From Candidatus Latescibacterota bacterium (GTDB lineage Bacteria > Latescibacterota > UBA2968): a stretch of 64,000 nt of DNA. Positions 57,088-64,000 of the stretch are shown here, one piece after another (within the stretch, counting starts at the first letter, position 1; every line of letters begins with the position of its first letter). Where the stretch lies: the NCBI GenBank assembly GCA_965204375.1, contig OZ241986.1:5056001-5120000 (forward strand), in the 5' to 3' direction. The position numbers and the translations under genes are program-made. Below the pieces are notes generated by a model, which saw only the letters and a program-made list of their open reading frames with translations, searched no databases and was not told the DNA's origin.

Positions 57088-57221
57088 TTCTTAATTCTCA
57101 ATTTTTAATTTTTAATTCACAGAACAGACTTGCGTGCGTGGGGAATATGCATACGCCTTTCATCCGCGTTCATCTGCGTTCATCTGCGGATACAACAGAC
57201 CTGCGCGCATGGAGAACATGC
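57085..57221. repeat. Heptamer array plus decamer element flanked by a 28-bp duplication of the ureG 3' end
   Basis: (AATTTTT/AATTCTT)n; 57123-57150 vs 57194-57221 match at 23/28; CATCTGCGTT units between them. Confidence 0.7.
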
Positions 57222-57898
57222 TCAATAATCTCATCGAGACCAGACCCGTGTTTCAAACAGGCAAAAATCGTGGGACCATCTCCGCGCATCTTCTTTGCAT
57301 CCCGCGCCATAACCCCCAGATCTGCGCCAATGAGACCGGCGAGATCGGTCTTATTGATAACCAACAAATCCGATTGCGTAATCCCCGGACCCCCTTTTCG
57401 GGGAATCTTATCCCCAGCGGACACATCAATCACATAAATCGCGTAATCGACAAGCTCCTTGCTAAAATGCGCCGCCAGATTATCGCCACCACTCTCCACA
57501 AAAAGCAGATCGATATCGCACGCAAATCGGAACATCAGATCCTCAAGCGCGTTCAAATTCAGCGAAATATCTTCCCGAATAGCTGCATGCGGGCATCCGC
57601 CCGTCTCAACCCCAATAATGCGATTCGCCTCAAGCGCCTTGTGACGCAAGAGAAACTCGGCATCCTCCCGCGTAAAAATATCATTCGTAACCACACCGAG
57701 ACTATAGCGTTCACGCAGAGCTTCGCACAGCACGCGAACAAGAGCCGTCTTCCCCGTCCCCACCGGACCACCAACCCCCACGGTAAACGCGCGCTGTGAA
57801 AAATCGCGATCGCCGAGAACCGACTCGCGCAGGGCAAAGTCACCCGGAGATTCAAAAGGCTCATGAGAATGATCGTGATGATGATTGTGATTATGCAT
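57170..57898 (-). CDS. ureG: Urease accessory GTPase UreG with His-rich N-terminus
   Basis: [40 protein letters not shown]. Confidence 0.96.
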   Translation of the reverse strand: MHNHNHHHDHSHEPFESPGDFALRESVLGDRDFSQRAFTVGVGGPVGTGKTALVRVLCEALRERYSLGVVTNDIFTREDAEFLLRHKALEANRIIGVETGGCPHAAIREDISLNLNALEDLMFRFACDIDLLFVESGGDNLAAHFSKELVDYAIYVIDVSAGDKIPRKGGPGITQSDLLVINKTDLAGLIGADLGVMARDAKKMRGDGPTIFACLKHGSGLDEIIEHVLHARRSVVSADERR

Positions 57899-57908
57899 AG
57901 CAAATCCC

Positions 57909-58577
57909 CTAACTCTGAAACAACCGCGAATACAGATACTCGTGCATACCCTGTGCAATATCCCATTGGGGTGCACAGCGCGTCGCACGCGTATAATCTG
58001 CCTGCGCGACAGAAGTCATAGCTCTAATCGCTGTCTTGTGATGGCGTTTTTGCAACCGCGCGGCTTCGAGGGGACCGATCTGCCCCAGGCGAACAGCCGC
58101 ACTGACCTGATCGCGCAAAAACTGATACATAAAAATCCGGCATGTATGCCCGCGTTTAAGACCCGCAATCCGAAATGTCGTACCAAAAACAATCGTATAA
58201 TGAGCCGGCACAGGTTGCGAAAGTAATATTTTGTGCAACCTCGCCATCGCATCGGAAAAATACAAATCGCGCATCAAACGCAACAAATTGCGTCCCTGCA
58301 CCTCACTCCCGCGGACAATCGCCGGAGCCGTAAGCATCGCGTCGTAAGTCAGCAGAATATTGGTCAAATCTGCGGGAATCGGATCACCCTTAAAACACGC
58401 ATTAATAAACGGAACCTCACTTCTCGCCGTCGCGTGAATCACCGTTTGCAGATACGCATCCAGATCATCAGAAGACCGCAACAACCCCATCTGTTTGGTC
58501 GCCTCCAGACCATTGGAAAATGCGTATCCACCCGTAGGGAAATTGCTATCGGCAAGTGTGAGAAGATCGAATAACAT
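57909..58577 (-). CDS. ureF: Urease accessory protein UreF
   Basis: [40 protein letters not shown]. Confidence 0.95.
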   Translation of the reverse strand: MLFDLLTLADSNFPTGGYAFSNGLEATKQMGLLRSSDDLDAYLQTVIHATARSEVPFINACFKGDPIPADLTNILLTYDAMLTAPAIVRGSEVQGRNLLRLMRDLYFSDAMARLHKILLSQPVPAHYTIVFGTTFRIAGLKRGHTCRIFMYQFLRDQVSAAVRLGQIGPLEAARLQKRHHKTAIRAMTSVAQADYTRATRCAPQWDIAQGMHEYLYSRLFQS

Positions 58578-58588
58578 AATTAAAGGCG

Positions 58589-58664
58589 GTGAGACGTAAA
58601 ACGTGAGACGACCACCCAACCAGCCCCTTTTCATCTGCGTTCATCTGCGTTCATCTGCGGATAC
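58589..58664. repeat. Heptamer array plus CCACCCAACC core plus decamer element
   Basis: GTGAGAC-GTAAAAC-GTGAGAC-GACCACCCAACC; (CATCTGCGTT)2CATCTGCGGATAC. Confidence 0.7.
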
Positions 58665-58680
58665 TTTTAGCCTTATCCCA

Positions 58681-60384
58681 TCAAAACAAATTATAAAGCT
58701 GTGCCAGCGGCAATTTCTCCGCCGCCTCACAGGTAAGTAACTCGCCATCAACCGTAACGCTATAAGTCTCCGGATCGATATGAATATCGGGAATAAAATC
58801 ATTGAGCTTCATATCCCTCTTCCCAATACCCCGACAATTGGACACTGCAACAACGCCTTTGGACAAATTGTAAGACGCAACGGTCTCCAGCGAAGCCCGG
58901 GAGACAAAAGCGAGAGACGCAGAACCCACGGCATTGCCATAAGCGCCGAACATAGGACGCGGATACACGGGTTGCGGCGTGGGAATCGAGGCATTGGGAT
59001 CGCCCATCTGTGAATACGCAATTATGCCCCCCTTAATCACCATCTCGGGTTTTGCACCAAAAAAAGCAGGCTTCCAGAGCGCGAGGTCCGCGAGTTTACC
59101 CACCTCAACCGAACCGATATGATCGCTCAAACCATGAGCCGTCGCGGGATTAATCGTGTACTTGGCGATATACCGCTTCACGCGCCCATTATCATTTCCC
59201 CCATCGCCGTTCAATGCACCGCGCTGCTCGCGCATCTTATGGGCAGTCTGCCATGTGCGACAAATAACCTCCCCCACGCGCCCCATCGCCTGACTATCCG
59301 ATGCAATAATCGACAGCGCCCCCATATCGTGCAAAATATCTTCTGCCGCAATCGTCTCCTGCCGGATCCGACTCTCGGCAAAAGCCACATCCTCGGGTAT
59401 ATTCTTATCCAGATGATGGCACACCATGAGCATATCGAGATGCTCGTCAATCGTATTCGCCGTAAAAGGCCGCGTGGGATTCGTAGATGAAGGCAAAACA
59501 TTCGCCTCGCCACAAAGACGCATAATATCCGGCGCGTGTCCCCCACCCGCACCCTCCGTGTGATACGTGTGAATCGTGCGCCCCTTAAAAGCCGCACAAC
59601 TCTGTTCCACAAAACCCGACTCATTGAGCGTATCGGTGTGGATCGCCACCTGAACATCGTATTCTTCGGCAACCGAGAGACAGGAATCAATAGCCGCAGG
59701 CGTCGTACCCCAGTCCTCGTGGAGTTTGAGACCACAAGCCCCACCCTCAATCTGTTCAATAAGCCCTTGCGGAAGCGAAGAATTGCCCTTGCCCAAAAAT
59801 CCAAAATTGAGGGGAAAGGCATCACTCGACTCCAGCATCATGCGAATGTGATGCGTCCCCGGTGTACACGTCGTGGCATTGGTCCCCGTCGCCGGACCCG
59901 TGCCGCCACCGAGCATCGTCGTAATACCCGAAGCAATCGCCTCCTCAACTTGCTGAGGACAAATAAAATGGACATGCACATCGAGCGCACCAGCCGTGAG
60001 TATATGACCTTCGCCCGCGATAACCTCGGTCGTAACCCCCACGATGAGATCGGGATTAACACCCGACATAATATCGGGATTACCCGCTTTGCCAATACCG
60101 GCGATACGCCCGTCTTTAATCCCAATATCCGCTTTGTATATCCCCGTATAATCAACGACAAGCGCATTCGTAATCACGAGATCCAGCGCCTTATCCTGCG
60201 ACACGCCCGTAGCCTGGCCCATGCCATCGCGCAGCACCTTACCCCCGCCAAACTTGCATTCATCGCCGTAAATCGTATAATCGTTTTCCACTTCAACGAC
60301 AAGATGGGTATCGCCCAATTGAACGCGGTCTCCCGTAGTGGGACCGTACATACTGGCATAAGCGATTCGATCAATTTGAGACAT
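58681..60384 (-). CDS. ureC: Urease alpha subunit
   Basis: [40 protein letters not shown]. Confidence 0.98.
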   Translation of the reverse strand: MSQIDRIAYASMYGPTTGDRVQLGDTHLVVEVENDYTIYGDECKFGGGKVLRDGMGQATGVSQDKALDLVITNALVVDYTGIYKADIGIKDGRIAGIGKAGNPDIMSGVNPDLIVGVTTEVIAGEGHILTAGALDVHVHFICPQQVEEAIASGITTMLGGGTGPATGTNATTCTPGTHHIRMMLESSDAFPLNFGFLGKGNSSLPQGLIEQIEGGACGLKLHEDWGTTPAAIDSCLSVAEEYDVQVAIHTDTLNESGFVEQSCAAFKGRTIHTYHTEGAGGGHAPDIMRLCGEANVLPSSTNPTRPFTANTIDEHLDMLMVCHHLDKNIPEDVAFAESRIRQETIAAEDILHDMGALSIIASDSQAMGRVGEVICRTWQTAHKMREQRGALNGDGGNDNGRVKRYIAKYTINPATAHGLSDHIGSVEVGKLADLALWKPAFFGAKPEMVIKGGIIAYSQMGDPNASIPTPQPVYPRPMFGAYGNAVGSASLAFVSRASLETVASYNLSKGVVAVSNCRGIGKRDMKLNDFIPDIHIDPETYSVTVDGELLTCEAAEKLPLAQLYNLF

Positions 60385-61135
60385 TTGGAATCCCCTTAAA
60401 TCCACCATCTCCCGCTCTTTGCAAAGCCTCCGCCTTATTCTCATCGATCTGCCCCGAAATAAGGCCATTTCCCCCATAGACCGTGCGGTTGCCGGCAATA
60501 GCCACGAGATTGACCGTCCTGCTCTCGCCGGGTTCAAAACGCACGGCAGTACCAGATGGAATATCGAGACGGAAGCCATAAGCTTTTTCGCGATCAAACG
60601 AAAGCGCGGGATTAACTTCAAAAAATGTATAATGCGAACCCACCTGTATCGGGCGATCACCGGTATTGGTCACAGAAAGAGAAATGGTCTCCCGGTCCGC
60701 ATTGAGAGTAATCGGATCCGCAGCCGTAGTCCCGGTACCCGGCATTTCTGAAACCGTATTATCCGGTGACCAGGGCGCGCGGACGCGCGTAAGCCCCGAA
60801 CCGTACAACGCGAGTTCAGAATCGCCTTCCACACGACAAATAGGATGGTGAACCGTCACAAGTTTCGTCCCGTCGGGAAACGTACCCTCCACCTGCACCT
60901 CGTGAACCATATCCGGAACACCGGGCAAAACATCTTCCGTACCCAACAACTGCTTGCCCTTGTCCATAAGCGTGGCAACGGACTCGCCATCGCGGATAAA
61001 TTCGAGAAGCTGTGCCGCGATAAGCGATACAGCTTCCGGGTAATTGAGACGCAAGCCCCGGGCATACCGCTTCTGCGCGAGAAAACCAGCGTTGTGAAGC
61101 ATCAATTTGTCAATTTCTTTAGGCGATAAATACAT
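60371..61135 (-). CDS. ureAB: Fused urease gamma/beta subunit
   Basis: [59 protein letters not shown]. Confidence 0.96.
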   Translation of the reverse strand: MYLSPKEIDKLMLHNAGFLAQKRYARGLRLNYPEAVSLIAAQLLEFIRDGESVATLMDKGKQLLGTEDVLPGVPDMVHEVQVEGTFPDGTKLVTVHHPICRVEGDSELALYGSGLTRVRAPWSPDNTVSEMPGTGTTAADPITLNADRETISLSVTNTGDRPIQVGSHYTFFEVNPALSFDREKAYGFRLDIPSGTAVRFEPGESRTVNLVAIAGNRTVYGGNGLISGQIDENKAEALQRAGDGGFKGIPNVSN

Positions 61136-61148
61136 GGAAAATCCCTGC

Positions 61149-61880
61149 TCAAAACGTAAGATACTGCTTAATACTCTCATCCGACAATTCATCCGCAGAA
61201 CCGCACAACGCAATCGTTCCGCGATCCATCAAATAAAAATAATCGGCAATCTGCCGGGCAAAATCAAAATACTGCTCCACCAGAATAATGGTGAGATTGC
61301 CTTTATCCTTCAGATGAATCAACACATTTTCTATATCGAGAATAATCGAAGGCTGAATACCCTCTGTAGGCTCGTCCAGAATGAGAATATCCGGATCGCC
61401 AACAAGCGCACGGGCAATGGCGAGTTGCTGTTGCTGTCCCCCACTGAGATTTCCACCCATTCGATCTTGCATATCGGCCAACACGGGAAAAAGATCGTAA
61501 ATCAGCTCCTCCGGTAGAGTTGCAAGGCCATCTGTGCGCGCTTCCAAACCAATTTGCAAATTCTCATTCACCGTGAGCCTGGGAAAAATCTCGCGCCCTT
61601 GCGGCACATAACTCAAACCCGCGCGCGCCCGCAAATCCGGTGTCTGTCCCGTTATATTCTCCCCGTTCAACAGAATATTCCCCCGCCGAGGACGCAGCAG
61701 ACCCATTATCGTCTTGATAAGCGTCGTCTTCCCAACGCCATTGCGCCCCATAACTGCCACAATAGCCCCTCTGGGGATATCCATATCAATATCGCGCAAG
61801 ATGAGACTCTCGCCGTAATAAACATCCAGACCTCGAACGGCAAGCGCGGTGTCTGTAATTGTCGTAGTCGTGGCGGTCAT
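61149..61880 (-). CDS. urtE: Urea ABC transporter ATPase
   Basis: [41 protein letters not shown]. Confidence 0.95.
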   Translation of the reverse strand: MTATTTTITDTALAVRGLDVYYGESLILRDIDMDIPRGAIVAVMGRNGVGKTTLIKTIMGLLRPRRGNILLNGENITGQTPDLRARAGLSYVPQGREIFPRLTVNENLQIGLEARTDGLATLPEELIYDLFPVLADMQDRMGGNLSGGQQQQLAIARALVGDPDILILDEPTEGIQPSIILDIENVLIHLKDKGNLTIILVEQYFDFARQIADYFYLMDRGTIALCGSADELSDESIKQYLTF

Positions 61881-62629
61881 AGCTGCGCACTACCCAGATA
61901 ACATTCAATAACCCGGGGATCATTTTGCACCTGATCCATCGGTCCTTCAACGAGCACCTTGCCCTCGTGGAGAACCGTAACAGTGCGGGCGATCTGTCTC
62001 ACAAATTCCATATCGTGCTCAATAACAATAATCGCGTGATTCATCGTCAGGCGTTCGAGAAGTTCTCCCGTCTTAACCGTTTCTTCATCCGTCATACCAG
62101 CAGCGGGTTCATCAATCAAAAAAAGCTCGGGATCTTGCAAAATGACCATCGCAATCTCGAGCCACTGTTTTTGCCCGTGCGAAAGCGCATCGGCAACAGT
62201 ATGCAAGTGATCGGCCAGACCCGTCTGTTCTGCAACAGCCTGGATGCGATCGCGATTTTTATCCGACAAACGCGAAACAAGCGAAAAGAGAACCGTGTGG
62301 TCGGTCTTGAGCGCCAGCATCAAATTCTCGTACACCGTAAGAGAAGTAAAAACAGACGGCGTTTGAAACTTGCGGCCAACACCTGCTTTGACAATCGCAT
62401 CTTCGCTCATCTGGGTAAGATCGAACTTTTCAAAACGCGCACTGCCGCGGTCGGGTTTGGTCTTCCCACACAAAACATCGAGAAACGTCGTTTTACCCGC
62501 ACCATTTGGACCGATAACGACGCGCAATTCCCGGTCGTGCAGGACAAACTCATCTATATCGAGCGCGACAAAACCATCAAAAGACACGCGCAAATTTTGA
62601 ACAGTCAGCAGAACCGGATCAAAAATCAT
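61877..62629 (-). CDS. urtD: Urea ABC transporter ATPase
   Basis: GPNGAGKTT, GRKFQTP, LSHGQKQWLEI, DEPAAGM. Confidence 0.95.
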   Translation of the reverse strand: MIFDPVLLTVQNLRVSFDGFVALDIDEFVLHDRELRVVIGPNGAGKTTFLDVLCGKTKPDRGSARFEKFDLTQMSEDAIVKAGVGRKFQTPSVFTSLTVYENLMLALKTDHTVLFSLVSRLSDKNRDRIQAVAEQTGLADHLHTVADALSHGQKQWLEIAMVILQDPELFLIDEPAAGMTDEETVKTGELLERLTMNHAIIVIEHDMEFVRQIARTVTVLHEGKVLVEGPMDQVQNDPRVIECYLGSAQL

Positions 62630-62630
62630 A

Positions 62631-63731
62631 TCAATCCTGACTTTCAGCGGCTACAGGCAAAGTCGTCCGCATACGTCTGGGCAAAAAACGCTTCAGACTA
62701 CTTATCTTTATCTTAGATCGCAAACCAATGAGACCATCGGGGAAAAAGAGCACAACGCCGATAAAGAGGAAGCCCAAAAAGTAGAGCCATGTACCGGGGA
62801 ACGCACCCGTCAAAAAACTGTAGAGAAGATTCACAAGCACCGCACCGATAATCGGACCAATCAGAGTCCCCCGCCCGCCAACAGCAACCCATATCACCAT
62901 CTCAATAGAAGCCTGCACATCCATGCGACCCGGTGTAATAATCCCGGTCTGAGGCACATAGAGCAATCCACCCAGAGCACCGAGCATACTGGCCATCACA
63001 AAGACAAATACCTTGTAGCTCATAACGCGATAGCCGATAAAACGCAGCCGATGTTCACTATCGCGAACCGCAATAAGCACGCGTCCGAGTTTGGATTTCA
63101 CCACAAAACGACACAAAAAATAGGAAACAAAAAGTGTGACAAAAGCAATGATATAAAGACCGCGTTTGCTCGCCGGATCGGCCAACTCAAAACCGAGCAA
63201 AGTTTTAAAATCCGTCAGACCATTGGTACCGCCGAGCATGGTCTCATTCCGCAAAAAAATGAGCCAGACCCCCAGGGCAAGAGCCTGCGTAATAATGGCA
63301 AAATAAACTCCTTGGAGACGGCTGCGAAAAGCGAGAAACCCAAAAATGAGCGCAATAAGTGCCGGAATCATAAGCGATAGGATAAATGCAAATGTAAAAG
63401 TGTGAAAAGGCTCCCAAAAAAGCGGCAATTGTTCCACGCGATTCCACACCATAAAATCGGGCAACGCACTCCCATAAACCCCTTGCGTACCCGTCTTGAG
63501 CAGCATGTGCATACCAATCGCATACCCGCCCAAACAAAAAAAGAACGCCTGACACAGCGAAAGAATACCCGTATATCCCCAGATCAGATCAATCCCCAGT
63601 GCGGCAATCGCAAAACAAAAATAACGGCCCCAGAGATTTAATGTCGTATCTGAAAGCAATCCCATCGCATTGAGCACGGGCGCGGCAATGCCAAAGAGAA
63701 GGAATACGATGATGGGACGGTAGTAAGTCAT
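62631..63731 (-). CDS. urtC: Urea ABC transporter permease
   Basis: IDLIWGYTGILSL, LPDFMVW, GGTNGLTDF, VPQTGII. Confidence 0.95.
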   Translation of the reverse strand: MTYYRPIIVFLLFGIAAPVLNAMGLLSDTTLNLWGRYFCFAIAALGIDLIWGYTGILSLCQAFFFCLGGYAIGMHMLLKTGTQGVYGSALPDFMVWNRVEQLPLFWEPFHTFTFAFILSLMIPALIALIFGFLAFRSRLQGVYFAIITQALALGVWLIFLRNETMLGGTNGLTDFKTLLGFELADPASKRGLYIIAFVTLFVSYFLCRFVVKSKLGRVLIAVRDSEHRLRFIGYRVMSYKVFVFVMASMLGALGGLLYVPQTGIITPGRMDVQASIEMVIWVAVGGRGTLIGPIIGAVLVNLLYSFLTGAFPGTWLYFLGFLFIGVVLFFPDGLIGLRSKIKISSLKRFLPRRMRTTLPVAAESQD

Positions 63732-63808
63732 AAAGCATATCCGTATTGTGGCAGTTCGTCTGCGTAAAACGCTCAAATTACTCGCGTTTTTTCTGCGTCA
63801 TCTGCGGA

Positions 63809-64000
63809 TTATTCATCCCTCCCCCTCGCGGGAAAAATGCCCGTGGGACGCAACTGTAAAAAGAGGATAATAAGGCCCAAAATGAGCACCTTGGCATACA
63901 CGGCTTCGGCGAAGGGTTCAATAACCTTATTGGAAACACCAATACCGAGACCCGCGACAATAGTCCCCAAAATTTTTCCAACACCGCCCACGACAACCAC
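63809..64000 (-). CDS. urtB: Urea ABC transporter permease (3' part; 5' end outside window)
   Basis: VVVGGVG..GTIVAG, YAKVLIL..FLQLRPTGIFPARGR. Confidence 0.9.
   Translation of the reverse strand: MVVVGGVGKILGTIVAGLGIGVSNKVIEPFAEAVYAKVLILGLIILFLQLRPTGIFPARGRDE

Overview
Bacterial chromosomal segment. Its gene content (sulfatases, several enolase-superfamily and UxuA-type dehydratases, DUF6785 membrane protein, beta-propeller sensor kinase, Rpn nuclease) resembles uncultured Latescibacterota/Gemmatimonadota/Poribacteria-type genomes; this placement is inference. Core blocks: a propeller histidine kinase cut by the window edge, an ECF sigma/anti-sigma operon, sugar-acid/sulfatase genes, a System I cytochrome c maturation operon (ccmE-F-H...A-B-C-D), M32 carboxypeptidase, nucleoside hydrolase, rsgA, two LolC/E permeases, and an urtBCDE-ureAB-C-F-G-D operon with a eukaryote-like urease. 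Small accessory cassettes are scattered through these: HigBA, orphan HicB/MNT antitoxins, a Zn-ribbon nuclease, Rpn, and an NYN/YefM-YoeB/McrBC island. Items not in the ORF track: (1) a ~56-nt sRNA candidate with its own promoter and terminator, divergent from an NYN RNase gene (possible RNA-antitoxin system); (2) a ~230-255 bp non-coding leader with sigma70 and sigma54 motifs, present twice in front of unrelated cargo; (3) a CxxU SelW/Rdx selenoprotein with a SECIS-like hairpin; (4) an intragenic RpnS start; (5) several families of dispersed intergenic repeats. No rRNA, tRNA or CRISPR array was seen. Everything was read by eye; no database searches were run.
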